A stretch of DNA of 64,000 bases from an uncultured Alphaproteobacteria bacterium (GCA_963752245.1 CAVVXO010000005.1:34418-98417); one strand, 5' to 3'. Counted from the first letter of the stretch, positions 17,529 through 27,672 are shown. Notes: generated from the sequence alone by a model not told the origin. Made by a program: numbers and translations.

Positions 17529-19730
17529 TTGCCGATGAGCGGGGGGTCGGCCGCCAAGCGCGGCGCGGCCGCGAGCGAGCCGCCGGCGGCCGAGCCGCCG
17601 TTCGACGCGGGCGCGGGCGAGCCGGGCCTGGAAAGCGACAATGGGCGCAGCTTTTCGATCAAGCAGGGCGACACCTTCGTGGTCGCCGACGCCTGGGGCG
17701 ACATTCTCGGCGGGGCCGACGGCCTGTTCCATGACGACACCCGCATCCTGTCGCGGCTGCGGCTGCTGATCGGCGGGGAGCGCCCGTCGCGGCTGAGCGC
17801 CGATCTGTCGCGCGACGGCAGCCTTTTCACCCTGCACGCCACCAATCACCGCCTGCCGCCGGTGGGCGGGGCGGAGACGCCACGCGGCGTCATCCACATC
17901 GAACGGCGCCGTTGCCTCGGACCGGGGCGGTTGCACGAGCAGATTCGCCTCACCAATCACGGCCTCGACACAGTGATGGTTCCGGTGTCGCTGACCTTCG
18001 CCGCCGACTTCGGCGACATCTTCGAGGTGCGCGGCGCCCGCCGGCCGCGCCGGGGCGAGATCGCCTCGCCTCGCCTCACCGGCCGCGGCGTGACGATCGT
18101 CTACCGCGGACTGGATGGCGTGGAGCGGTGTTCGGCCATCAGCATGTCGCCGCCGCCAGGACGGCTGACGGCCGAGCAGGCCGACTTCTTGTTCGCCATA
18201 GAACGCGGTCACGGCGTCGAGCTCTACCTCGAAGCCGGCGCCCAGCCCGACCAGGCGCCCGACAAGGCGAGGTTCGAGGCGGCCGCCGGACTGGCTCGGC
18301 GACGCGGCCGCGCCCTGGCTCGCCAAGGGGCCATCGTCGAGGCCGCCGACGGCGCGCTCGACGCCTGGCTCCGGCAATCGCGGGCCGACGTCGCGACGCT
18401 CACGACGCGGCTGGCCACCGGATCCTACCCCTACGCCGGGGTGCCCTGGTTTTCGACGGCGTTCGGCCGCGACGGCATCGTCACCGCCTGGCAGATGCTG
18501 TGGCTCGACTCCAGCCTCGCCAGAGGCGTGCTGGCCTTTCTGGCCGAGAACCAAGCGACCGCCCGTTCCACCTTCGCCGACTCCGCCCCTGGCAAGGTGC
18601 TGCATGAGGTGCGCCGCGGCGAAATGGCGGCGCTCGGCGAGGTCCCGTTCGGCGCCTACTACGGCGGGGTGGACACCACGCCGCTGTTCGTCGCCCTGGC
18701 CGGCGCCTACCTGGCGCGAACCGACGACACGGCCTTCGTGGGCCGCCTGTGGCCAGCCCTTCTGCGCGCCTGCGCCTGGATGGAGGCCGATGGCGACGCC
18801 AATGGCGACGGTCTGATCGACTATCAGCGCGGCGCCGCTGGCGGCCTGACCAACCAGGGTTGGAAGGACAGCGTCGATTCGGTGTTCCACGACGACGGCC
18901 GCCTGCCGCCCGGCCCCATCGCCCTGGTCGAGGTGCAGGGCTACGCCTTCGCCGCCTATCGCGCCATGGCGGCGATCGCCGCGCGCCTGGCGCTCGGCGC
19001 GCCCGGAGATTGGCTGGCCAAGGCCGAAGGCATGCGCGCCCGGGTGGAGCGGCGCTTCTGGAACGACGCACGCGACTACTATGGTCTGGCGATCGACGGC
19101 GAGGGGGCGCTGTGCCGGCCTCTTTCCTCCAATCCCGGACACCTGCTGTTCGTCGGCTTGCCGAGCGGCGAGCGGGCCGGCAAGGTCGTTCACCGGCTGA
19201 TGTCGGCGAAATTCGACAGCGGCTGGGGGCTGAGAACCATCGCCAGCGACGCACGGCGCTACAATCCGATGTCCTATCACAACGGCTCGGTGTGGCCGCA
19301 CGACACCGCGATCGCCGCCGCCGGCATGGCGCGGTATGGCGAGCGCGACGGACCCGCCAAACTGTTCGCCGACCTGTTCGGCGTCGCCAAGGCTTTCCAG
19401 ATGCGCATGCCCGAGCTGCTGTGCGGATTTGCCCGCGAGGCCGAGGCGCCGCCGATCGCCTACCCCTCGGCCTGCATGCCGCAAGCCTGGGCGGCCGGAT
19501 CGGCGTTCATGCTGCTGCAGGCCTGCCTGGGCCTTTCGATCGACGCCGCCCGCCGCGAGGTGCGGATCGCGCGGCCGACGCTGCCCGAGGGATTGGACCA
19601 GCTGTCGATCCGCGGGCTGGCGATTGGCGAGGCGAGCCTCGACTTGATGTTTCGCCGCATCGACGGCCGCATGGCGGCCTTGCCATCGCCGGCGGCCGGC
19701 GGCGCTGTTTCGGTCATCATTGAAGGCTAA
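17529..19730 (+). CDS. Amylo-alpha-1,6-glucosidase (GDE-like) hydrolase, copy 2
   Basis: GLFHDDTRILS, YAGVPWFSTAFGRDG, PGKVLHEVR, YYGGVDTTPLF, NQGWKDS, YHNGSVWPHD, PQAWAAG; start may be ATG 17535. Confidence 0.92.
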   Translation: MPMSGGSAAKRGAAASEPPAAEPPFDAGAGEPGLESDNGRSFSIKQGDTFVVADAWGDILGGADGLFHDDTRILSRLRLLIGGERPSRLSADLSRDGSLFTLHATNHRLPPVGGAETPRGVIHIERRRCLGPGRLHEQIRLTNHGLDTVMVPVSLTFAADFGDIFEVRGARRPRRGEIASPRLTGRGVTIVYRGLDGVERCSAISMSPPPGRLTAEQADFLFAIERGHGVELYLEAGAQPDQAPDKARFEAAAGLARRRGRALARQGAIVEAADGALDAWLRQSRADVATLTTRLATGSYPYAGVPWFSTAFGRDGIVTAWQMLWLDSSLARGVLAFLAENQATARSTFADSAPGKVLHEVRRGEMAALGEVPFGAYYGGVDTTPLFVALAGAYLARTDDTAFVGRLWPALLRACAWMEADGDANGDGLIDYQRGAAGGLTNQGWKDSVDSVFHDDGRLPPGPIALVEVQGYAFAAYRAMAAIAARLALGAPGDWLAKAEGMRARVERRFWNDARDYYGLAIDGEGALCRPLSSNPGHLLFVGLPSGERAGKVVHRLMSAKFDSGWGLRTIASDARRYNPMSYHNGSVWPHDTAIAAAGMARYGERDGPAKLFADLFGVAKAFQMRMPELLCGFAREAEAPPIAYPSACMPQAWAAGSAFMLLQACLGLSIDAARREVRIARPTLPEGLDQLSIRGLAIGEASLDLMFRRIDGRMAALPSPAAGGAVSVIIEG

Positions 19731-20574
19731 GGCGCTCTCCGCCCGAGCCCGCAACAGGGAACCTGATCCGACCTTGTCTCACTTAGCCGCGCGGCAAGGC
19801 CGCCCCGAACGCATCGACGCCGATCGTCGCGCCAGCCTGGCGCCGCCACCGGCTCTCGAGCTTGGGCGGGTGGCGTTGTTCGCCGATCTCGACGGCACCC
19901 TGGCGCCGATCGCCGCCACCCCCGACGCGGTCGGCCCCGATCCGCGACGGCGCATCCTGCTGGACGATCTGGCGGCGGCGCTCGGCGGGCGGTTGGCGGT
20001 GATCAGCGGCCGCGGGCTGGACGATCTCGATCGCCTGCTGGAGCGCCGCGTGCCGGCGATCGCCGCCGTTCACGGGCTGGTGCGGCGAACCGCCCAGGGC
20101 CTGCGGGTCGCCGGCGCGCCCGCCGCTGGGATCGCGCGAGCCGCGCGCCATTTCGCCGACTTTGCCGGCCGCGACGGAGGCCTGATCGTCGAAGACAAGG
20201 GCTGGGCGGTGGCGCTGCACTATCGCGGCGCGCCGGAACTCGGCGCCGAAGCGCGCGCCCTGTCGGCGCGGCTGGCCGGCGAGCTCGGCCTCGAGGTGCA
20301 GGCCGGCCGACAGGTGGTCGAGCTGCGCGGGCCCGGCCCCGACAAGGGGGCGGCGGTGCGGGCGTTCATGCGCGAGCCGCCGTTCGCCGGACATGCGCCG
20401 GTTTTCCTCGGGGACGATCTGACCGACGAGACCGGCTTTGCCGCCGCCGAGGCGCTGGGCGGCCATGGGGTGATCGTCGGCGACCGGGCGCCGACCGCCG
20501 CCGCCTACCGGTTGGCCGATGTCGCCGCCGTGCACGCCTGGCTGGCCGCCGCCCTGCCGCGAGCCGCGGCATGA
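19720..20574 (+). CDS. otsB: Trehalose-6-phosphate phosphatase
   Basis: HAD motif DLDGTL, ISGR, EDKG..ALHYR, FLGDDLTDETGF; true start may be downstream. Confidence 0.92.
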   Translation: MKAKALSARARNREPDPTLSHLAARQGRPERIDADRRASLAPPPALELGRVALFADLDGTLAPIAATPDAVGPDPRRRILLDDLAAALGGRLAVISGRGLDDLDRLLERRVPAIAAVHGLVRRTAQGLRVAGAPAAGIARAARHFADFAGRDGGLIVEDKGWAVALHYRGAPELGAEARALSARLAGELGLEVQAGRQVVELRGPGPDKGAAVRAFMREPPFAGHAPVFLGDDLTDETGFAAAEALGGHGVIVGDRAPTAAAYRLADVAAVHAWLAAALPRAAA

Positions 20575-22370
20575 TCGCCCGCGATCTCGATCTCGCGCCG
20601 ATCGGCAACGGCTCGATCAGCGCCCTCATCGATCGCGCCGGCCGTTTCGTGTGGTGCTGCGCGCCGCGGGTGGACAGCGACCCGGTGTTTTCCGATCTGC
20701 TGACGCCAGCGCGCCAGGACGCGGCCAGCGGCGAGGGCTACTGGTCGGTGGACGTCGCCGATGTGGCGCGCGTGCGGCAGGACTATCTGCGCAATACCGC
20801 CGTGCTGCGGACCGAGATCGCCGACGCGCATGGCGCCAGTCTCGAGATCCTCGACTTCGCGCCCCGGTTTCGTCTGTACGGCAGAGGGTACCGGCCGACC
20901 GCCTTCATCCGCCTGATTCGGCCTTTGACCGGCGCGCCGCGGCTGACCGTCAGGCTGCGGCCGACCGCCGATTGGGGCGCGCGGCGCGCCGACTGCACTT
21001 GGGGCAGCAATCACGTTCGCTATCGCGCCCGCGACATGGCCCTGCGTCTGACCACCAACGCTCCGGTCTCGCACATCGTCGAGGAGCGGCTGTTCCGGCT
21101 GGAGGAGCCGATCGCGCTGTTCCTTGGGCCGGATGAGCCTTTTCAAGGCGATGTGCTGTCGACCGCCACCACCATGCTCGGCGACACCATCAGCGACTGG
21201 CGCGAATGGGTGCGCACCCTGGCGGTGCCGCTGGAGTGGCAGGAAGCCGTGATCCGCGCCGCCATTACCCTCAGGCTCTGTGTCTATGAGGAGACCGGCG
21301 CGATCGTCGCCGCCCTGACCACCTCCATTCCCGAAGCGCCGAACAGCGGGCGCACCTGGGACTATCGCTACTGCTGGCTGCGCGATGGCTATTACGTCGT
21401 CCAGGCGCTCAACCGGCTGGGGGCGGCGGATATCCTGGAAAACTATCTGGGCTACCTACGCAACATCGTCGATGGCGCGAACGGCGGCCACATTCAGCCG
21501 GTCTATGGCGTCGGCTTCGAGCCGATCCTCAAGGAGCGGGTCGTCGACACCCTGCCCGGCTACCGCGGCATGGGACCGGTCCGGGTAGGCAACCAGGCGC
21601 ACGAGCATGTGCAGCACGATGTCTACGGTCAGATCGTGCTCTCGAATGTTCAGGCCTTCTTCGACGAGCGGCTGCTGCGCCCGGCGACCATCGCGGACTA
21701 CGAAAGGCTGGAGCAGATCGGCGATCGGGCGTTCGCGGTGCACGACACGCCGGACGCCGGTCTCTGGGAGCTGCGCACGCGCGCGGCGGTGCACACCTAT
21801 TCGGCGGCGATGTGCTGGGCCGCCTGCGATCGACTGGCGCACGCCGGCGAGAAGCTCGGCCTGGCGGCGCGAGCCGTCCACTGGCGGCAGCGAGCCGAAA
21901 CGGTGCGCCAGGCGATCGAAGCGCATGCCTGGAACGAGGAAGCCGGCCATTTCGCCGCCAGTTTCGGCGGCGATCAGCTCGACGCCAGCCTTACCCAGCT
22001 CGTCGATCTTCGTTTTCTGCCGCCGGACGACGATCGTCATCGGCGCACCTTGCGGGCGATCGACCGGGTGCTGCGCCGCGGCCCGAACCTCATGCGCTAT
22101 GACGCGGCGGATGATTTCGGCCGGCCGGAAACCGCCTTCAACTTCTGCACGTTCTGGTTCATCGAAAGCCTCTTCATGATCGGCGAGGTGCAGGAGGCGC
22201 GGGCGCTGTTCCAACACATGCTGGATCGACGCAACCACGCCGGCCTGCTGTCCGAGGACGTCAGCCTCGTGGACGGAGAATTGTGGGGGAACTATCCGCA
22301 GACCTACTCGCTGGTTGGCTTGATCAACTGCGCCGTGCTGCTGAGCCGGCCGTGGAACAGCGTGCGATGA
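20571..22370 (+). CDS. Glycoside hydrolase family 15 (trehalase/glucoamylase-like)
   Basis: PIGNG..SALI, AALTTSIPE, WDYRYCWLRD, GLWELR, GLLSED, GNYPQTYS; sits between otsB and otsA. Confidence 0.93.
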   Translation: MIARDLDLAPIGNGSISALIDRAGRFVWCCAPRVDSDPVFSDLLTPARQDAASGEGYWSVDVADVARVRQDYLRNTAVLRTEIADAHGASLEILDFAPRFRLYGRGYRPTAFIRLIRPLTGAPRLTVRLRPTADWGARRADCTWGSNHVRYRARDMALRLTTNAPVSHIVEERLFRLEEPIALFLGPDEPFQGDVLSTATTMLGDTISDWREWVRTLAVPLEWQEAVIRAAITLRLCVYEETGAIVAALTTSIPEAPNSGRTWDYRYCWLRDGYYVVQALNRLGAADILENYLGYLRNIVDGANGGHIQPVYGVGFEPILKERVVDTLPGYRGMGPVRVGNQAHEHVQHDVYGQIVLSNVQAFFDERLLRPATIADYERLEQIGDRAFAVHDTPDAGLWELRTRAAVHTYSAAMCWAACDRLAHAGEKLGLAARAVHWRQRAETVRQAIEAHAWNEEAGHFAASFGGDQLDASLTQLVDLRFLPPDDDRHRRTLRAIDRVLRRGPNLMRYDAADDFGRPETAFNFCTFWFIESLFMIGEVQEARALFQHMLDRRNHAGLLSEDVSLVDGELWGNYPQTYSLVGLINCAVLLSRPWNSVR

Positions 22371-22398
22371 GCCTCGCCTCACGATCCTGGCCGCCATC

Positions 22399-23910
22399 AT
22401 GGGGCGGCTGATCGTCGTCTCCAACCGGGTGAATGCCCCGGAGAAGGCCGGACAAGGCCCGTCCGGCGGCCTGGCGGTGGCGCTGGCGGCGGCGCTGCGT
22501 GAGTATAGCGGCTTCTGGTTCGGCTGGAGCGGCGAGACCGTCGCGAGCTTCACCGGCCAAATCCATGCCCGGAAGATCGACGATGTCCAGGTGGTGACCG
22601 TCGACCTGGAGGAAGCCGACTTTCAGGAATACTACAATGGCTACGCCAACGGCACGCTGTGGCCGCTGTTCCACTATCGCATCGACCTGACCGCCTACGA
22701 CCGGTCGTTCGGCGAAGGCTATGATCGGGTCAACCGCCGCTTCGCCGAGACCCTGGCGCCGCTGATCCAGCCAGACGATCTCATCTGGGTGCACGACTAC
22801 CACCTCATTCCCCTCGGCAGCGAGTTGCGGCGACTGGGCATCGCCAATCCCATCGGCTTCTTCCTGCACATCCCCTGGCCGGCGCCGCAGCTGCTGACCA
22901 CGCTGCCGCGACACAGGGCGCTGGTGCGGGCGATGTTCTCCTACGACCTGGTCGGCTTCCAGACCGATGAGTGGCTGTGGGCGTTCGAGGCCTATGTGCT
23001 GGGCGAGGCGGGCGGCGACTGGGGCCCGGACGGCCGCCTGGACGCCTTCGGCGCCAGCCTTCTGGCGCGCATCTTTCCGATCGGCCTCGACGTCGATGGC
23101 TTCCGTGCGCTGGCGGCGACGCCGATCGCCCAGCGAACCCACGACCGGCTGGCGGCGCACAGCGCCTTTCGCTCCCTGGTGGTCGGCGTCGACCGGCTGG
23201 ACTACTCCAAGGGGCTGGAGGAGCGGCTGCTCGGCTTCGAGCGTTTCCTCGCCGACAACCCCGAGCTGCGCCGGGACGTCCTTTATCTCCAGGTGGCGCC
23301 GACCTCGCGCGGCGAGGTCGAAGCGTATCAGGACCTGCGCGAGCGGGTGGATTCGCTGTGTGGCCGGATCAATGGCGTCTACGCCGACATGGACTGGACA
23401 CCGATCCGCTTCGTCCACCGCGGCTACCGGCGGGACGAGCTGGCCGGCGTCTATCGCGCGGCGCGCGTCTGCCTGGTGACGCCGCTGCGGGACGGCATGA
23501 ACCTGGTGGCCAAGGAGTTCGTCGCCGCTCAGGACCCGGATGATCCCGGCGTGCTGGTGCTGTCGCGCTTCGCCGGCGCGGCGCGGCAGATGAGCGAGGC
23601 GGTCATCGTCAATCCGTTCAGCCGCGAGGAGGTGGCCGAGGCGCTCAAGCGGGCGCTGCGCATGGAGCGGCCCGAACGGATCGCCCGCTGGCGGGCGCTG
23701 ATCGCCGGAGTGGTCGCCACCGACGTCAACCGCTGGCGCGACGACTTCGTCGGCGCCCTGCGCGCCGCCCACGAGCCCGACATGCCGCTGTTCGGCGGCG
23801 GCGGCCCGCCGCCATCCACGCCTCGGGCCAAGGTCGCCGCCCCGCCGCCCATCGAGAGCCTCGGGTCCGCTCCGTTGAGCGGCTGGCGCGCCGATCCGCG
23901 GCTGGCCTGA
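22399..23910 (+). CDS. otsA: Trehalose-6-phosphate synthase (GT20)
   Basis: LIVVSNRV, GGLAVAL, LWPLFHYR, WVHDYHL, FFLHIPWP, VDRLDYSKG, LRDGMNLVAKEF. Confidence 0.96.
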   Translation: MGRLIVVSNRVNAPEKAGQGPSGGLAVALAAALREYSGFWFGWSGETVASFTGQIHARKIDDVQVVTVDLEEADFQEYYNGYANGTLWPLFHYRIDLTAYDRSFGEGYDRVNRRFAETLAPLIQPDDLIWVHDYHLIPLGSELRRLGIANPIGFFLHIPWPAPQLLTTLPRHRALVRAMFSYDLVGFQTDEWLWAFEAYVLGEAGGDWGPDGRLDAFGASLLARIFPIGLDVDGFRALAATPIAQRTHDRLAAHSAFRSLVVGVDRLDYSKGLEERLLGFERFLADNPELRRDVLYLQVAPTSRGEVEAYQDLRERVDSLCGRINGVYADMDWTPIRFVHRGYRRDELAGVYRAARVCLVTPLRDGMNLVAKEFVAAQDPDDPGVLVLSRFAGAARQMSEAVIVNPFSREEVAEALKRALRMERPERIARWRALIAGVVATDVNRWRDDFVGALRAAHEPDMPLFGGGGPPPSTPRAKVAAPPPIESLGSAPLSGWRADPRLA

Positions 23911-23999
23911 TCGAGGCGGAGAGCCTCGCGCCGGCGTTTTGCCGGAAGCGTTCGCCCAGATAGGGTCGCTGTCTTCACCACGCAGCCGCTCGACGGTCC

Positions 24000-25208
24000 A
24001 TGAATCGCGATGTCATCAGCGCCGCCGATCGGCGGTTCGGCGAGGAGGTCCGCGCCTTCATCCACGAGGCGTTCGACGCCGATCTGCGCGAGCAGGCGGC
24101 GCGGCAGGCCGGCACCTTCGCCGAGCACGAGCTGGCCATGCGCTGGCGCGGCGCCCTGCATCGCCGCGGCTGGGCGGCCCCCTCCTGGCCGGAAGAGTTC
24201 GGCGGGCCGGGCTGGAGCGACCGGCAACGGCAGATCTTCGCCTTCGAATGCGCCCGCGTCGGCACGCCCGCCCTGCCGGACATGGGCATCCTGCTATGCG
24301 GCCCGGTGATCATGCGCTTCGGCACGCCGGCGCAGCAGGCGTTCTTTCTGCCGCGCATGCTGTCGGGCGAGCACGTCTGGTGCCAGGGCTATTCCGAGCC
24401 GGGGGCCGGCTCCGACCTCGCCTCCCTCGCCACCCGCGCCGTCGCCGACGGCGACGACTATGTCGTCAACGGCTCGAAGATCTGGACGACCAACGCCCAC
24501 AACGCCAACTGGATCTTCCTCCTGGCGCGCACCGCCGAGACGGAGAAGCCGCAGCGCGGCATCAGCTTTCTGGTCTCGCCGATGACGGCGCCGGGGCTCA
24601 CGGTGCGGCCAATCCGCTCCATCTCCGGCGAGCACGAGCTCAATCAGCTATTCTTCGACAACGTGCGCATTCCGATCACCAACCGCATGGGCGCGGAGAA
24701 TGAGGGCTGGTCGGTCGCCAAGTATCTGCTCGAGTTCGAGCGGGGCGGCGGCGCGCTTGGCGCGGCCTTGCGGAGCGGCATGGCGCGGCTTAGGGCGATG
24801 GCGGCCGCCGAGTTCTCCGGCGACGGCGAGACGCTCGCCGAGGATGCCGCGTTCCGCGCCCGGGCGGCGTCGCTGGAGATCGACCTGATCGCCGCCGACT
24901 TGACCGATCTGCGCCTCGGCGCCGGGCACAACGCCGGCGAGACGGTCGGCGCGGCCGCCGCCTCGATCAAGAAGCTGCTCGCCAGCCATCGCGGCCAGGA
25001 TATCGCTGAGCTGGCCGCGGCGGTGTTGGGCGCCTACGCGGCCGGCGACCAGCGCGCCGCCCTGGGCGCACGGCCGAACGCCGATCCGATCGGTCCCGAG
25101 CACGGCCGCACGGTCATGGCGCGCTACCTGAACGGCCGGGCCAGCACCATCTACGGCGGCTCCAGCGAAATCCAGCACAACATCCTCGCCCGCCTGATCG
25201 GCCTTTGA
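24000..25208 (+). CDS. Acyl-CoA dehydrogenase-family protein
   Basis: WCQGYSEPGAGSDLASL, NGSKIWTT, ELNQLFFDNVR, STIYGGSSEIQHNI. Confidence 0.92.
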   Translation: MNRDVISAADRRFGEEVRAFIHEAFDADLREQAARQAGTFAEHELAMRWRGALHRRGWAAPSWPEEFGGPGWSDRQRQIFAFECARVGTPALPDMGILLCGPVIMRFGTPAQQAFFLPRMLSGEHVWCQGYSEPGAGSDLASLATRAVADGDDYVVNGSKIWTTNAHNANWIFLLARTAETEKPQRGISFLVSPMTAPGLTVRPIRSISGEHELNQLFFDNVRIPITNRMGAENEGWSVAKYLLEFERGGGALGAALRSGMARLRAMAAAEFSGDGETLAEDAAFRARAASLEIDLIAADLTDLRLGAGHNAGETVGAAAASIKKLLASHRGQDIAELAAAVLGAYAAGDQRAALGARPNADPIGPEHGRTVMARYLNGRASTIYGGSSEIQHNILARLIGL

Positions 25209-26665
25209 CGGGCGTCGACCCCGCCGGCGACGGCCGCCGGACCGGCTGGGCCGACCTGCTGGCCGACGGACGGGGGGCCCGCTTCCTGCTGATCTGCCTC
25301 GGCGTGTGGCTGAGCGCCTCGGACAATCTCGTCACCTCGACGATCATGCCCAGCGTCGGCCGCGATCTCGGCGGCCTCGCCTATTTCTCCTGGGCCACCG
25401 CCGGGTTCCTGGTCGGCGCCATCCTCGCGGGGGCGAGCGCCGGCAGATTGTCGGAGCTGGTCGGCCTGCGGCTCGCCACGGCGCTCGCCGGACTCGTGAT
25501 GGCGGCCGGTTCGGTGATCAGCGCCGCGGCCCCGGATGTCGGCGTCTTTCTGATCGGCCGCCTCGCGCAAGGGCTCGGGGCCGGCTGGATCAGCGGCTTC
25601 GCCATGGTGGCGATCGCCTTCCTGTTTCCCGAACGGCACCTGGCGCGGGTGTTCGCCTCGGTGAGTTCCGTCTGGGGAATCGCGACGGTGCTGGGGCCGC
25701 TGGTCGGCGGCATCGTCGTCGAGAATGGCCAATGGCGCGACGTGTTCTGGCTGTTCGCCGGCCAGGCGGCGCTGTTCAGCTTCGCCGCGCCGTTTCTGCT
25801 CGGCGCGGCGGTGACGAAGAGCGGCGGCCCGGGGATTCCGTGGCCGCAGCTCGGCGGCCTGGCGATCGGTGTCGGCGCGATCGCCATCGCCGACGTGACG
25901 GTCTCGCCGTGGCTCGCCGCCACCCTCGTCGCCGCCGGCATGGCCGCTCTGGCCCTGATGGTGCGATTGGACGGCCGCGCCGCCATCCGCCTGCTGCCAC
26001 ACCGCACCGCCGACCTCGGCACCGTGTGCGGCGCCGGCTTCCTCGCAACCTTTGCGCTCACCGCCGCCACCATGGGGTACGCCATCTACGCCCCGCCGGT
26101 GCTGCAGGCGCTGCGCGGCTTCACGCCGCTGTGGGCCGGCTACGCCATCGCCGTCGAGTCGATGGCCTGGACCGTGACCGCCGTGCTGGTCGCCGGCGCC
26201 TCGGGGCGATGGGACGGGCGGTGGATCCGCATTGGCGCGCTGTGTCTTATCGCCAGCCTTGTCATCCTGCCGGCGACGCTCGCCGATGGGCCGCTGACCG
26301 CGGCGCTCGCCGGAGGCGCCTTGATGGGCGCGGCCTTCGGCTTCAGCTGGTCATTCCTCGGGCGGCGAATCCTGGCGGCGTTGTCGGACGAGGACCGCGC
26401 GATCGGCGCCTCGGCGACCACGGCGGTGCGCCAGACGGGCGCGGCGGTCGGCGCGGCGATCAGCGGCGTCGCCGCCAACCTCGCCGGCTTCTCCGCCGGC
26501 GTGACCGCCGCCAGCGCGAGGGCCACATCCATCTGGGTGTTCGTCGCGGTGCTTCCGCTGGCGCTGCTGGGAACCTGGGCGGCGTTCCGCTTGACGGGGC
26601 GAGCACCCATGTCCGATCGCGGCGCGCCTTCAGATGACCCATCAGCGAGGAGCGAACAATCGTGA
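25205..26665 (+). CDS. MFS transporter (DHA2-like, ~14 TM)
   Basis: Hydrophobic throughout; TSTIMPSV, GRLSELVG, GRLAQGLGAG, GPLVGG; TTG start overlapping the upstream stop. Confidence 0.88.
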   Translation: MTGVDPAGDGRRTGWADLLADGRGARFLLICLGVWLSASDNLVTSTIMPSVGRDLGGLAYFSWATAGFLVGAILAGASAGRLSELVGLRLATALAGLVMAAGSVISAAAPDVGVFLIGRLAQGLGAGWISGFAMVAIAFLFPERHLARVFASVSSVWGIATVLGPLVGGIVVENGQWRDVFWLFAGQAALFSFAAPFLLGAAVTKSGGPGIPWPQLGGLAIGVGAIAIADVTVSPWLAATLVAAGMAALALMVRLDGRAAIRLLPHRTADLGTVCGAGFLATFALTAATMGYAIYAPPVLQALRGFTPLWAGYAIAVESMAWTVTAVLVAGASGRWDGRWIRIGALCLIASLVILPATLADGPLTAALAGGALMGAAFGFSWSFLGRRILAALSDEDRAIGASATTAVRQTGAAVGAAISGVAANLAGFSAGVTAASARATSIWVFVAVLPLALLGTWAAFRLTGRAPMSDRGAPSDDPSARSEQS

Positions 26666-27672
26666 TCTGCCGCCTGTGGAGAGGCTGGGCCAGCCTCATG
26701 GACGCCGAGGCCTATGAACGGATCGTGCGCACCGAGGTGATCCCGGGCATCGAAGCCATGGCTATCGCCGGTTTCCGCGCCATCGACCTGATGCGCCGGC
26801 CTTGCGCGGATGGGGAGCGGATCGAGTTCATGACCCTGATGTGGTTCGACCGCCTGGAGGATATCCGCGCCTTCACCGGCGAGGACTACGAAGTCGCCCA
26901 CGTGCCGGCGCCGGCGTGCGCCGTGCTCGCCCACTACGACCGCCGCGCGGCGCATTTCGAGGTGCTGGAGCGCCGTCCCCAGGCGGCTGGGCGAGCCCCG
27001 CGCGCGCCGCTCGCCGCCCTGCCCGCCAATGCGGCGCTGCTGGTCGTCGATGTGCAGATGGGCTTCCTGGATCCGGACTGGGGCGAGCGAAACAATCCGG
27101 ACGCCGAGGCGAACATCGCCCGCCTGATCGCCGCCTGGCGGGCAAGCGGACGGCCAATCCACCACGTCCATCACGCCTCGCCATCCCCGACCGGCCACTT
27201 CCGCCCAGGCTCGCCCGGCCATCGCCCCAGACCGGAAGCGCTCGCCGCCGCCGGCGAGCCCATCCACGTCAAGGCGGTCAACAGCGCCTTCATCGGCACG
27301 ACCCTCGAAGCCGATCTGAGGGCCGCCGAGATCGACACGCTGGTGATCGTCGGCCTGACGACCAATCACTGCGTCTCCACCACCGCCCGCATGGCCGGCA
27401 ACCTCGGCTTCGTCACCTATGTCGTCGAGGACGCGACCGCGACCTTCGATCGCCTCGGACTGGATGGCCGCCTAAGATCCGCCGCCGACGTCCACGCCGC
27501 CGCCCTGAGCGACCTCGCCGATGAATTCGCGACGATCGTCGCCACGGAGGCGGTGCTGCGCGCGGCGGGCGCCGGCGGCCGCGGCGCCCGGCTAGTCGCG
27601 CGTCTGCGCGGTCGCGGCGACATCGACATGACAACCGACGAAATCACGGCCCTGACGCTAGGTGAGCCGTAA
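26662..27672 (+). CDS. Fusion: ABM/Dabb-like N-terminal domain + isochorismatase-family cysteine hydrolase
   Basis: N-terminal ~105 aa (MICRLWRGW..AYE..EFMTLMWFD..IRAFTGEDYE) then VVDVQMGF, VKAVNSAF, GLTTNHCVSTTAR (D-K-C triad). The tail may be a run-on; a +1 correction would stop at TAG 27593-27595. Confidence 0.8.
   Translation: MICRLWRGWASLMDAEAYERIVRTEVIPGIEAMAIAGFRAIDLMRRPCADGERIEFMTLMWFDRLEDIRAFTGEDYEVAHVPAPACAVLAHYDRRAAHFEVLERRPQAAGRAPRAPLAALPANAALLVVDVQMGFLDPDWGERNNPDAEANIARLIAAWRASGRPIHHVHHASPSPTGHFRPGSPGHRPRPEALAAAGEPIHVKAVNSAFIGTTLEADLRAAEIDTLVIVGLTTNHCVSTTARMAGNLGFVTYVVEDATATFDRLGLDGRLRSAADVHAAALSDLADEFATIVATEAVLRAAGAGGRGARLVARLRGRGDIDMTTDEITALTLGEP

Noticed and set aside
16224-19754. 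Very long opposite-strand ORFs (also 48783-52214, 58733-62296, 54916-56769 and others)
   Set aside because: Antisense shadows of real genes in high-GC DNA with few stop codons; the products are Arg/Ala-rich with no motifs.
19758-19784. Internal SigT promoter for otsB
   Set aside because: GGAAC is present but there is no CGTT-like -10 at 16-17 nt spacing, and it lies inside the longest otsB frame.
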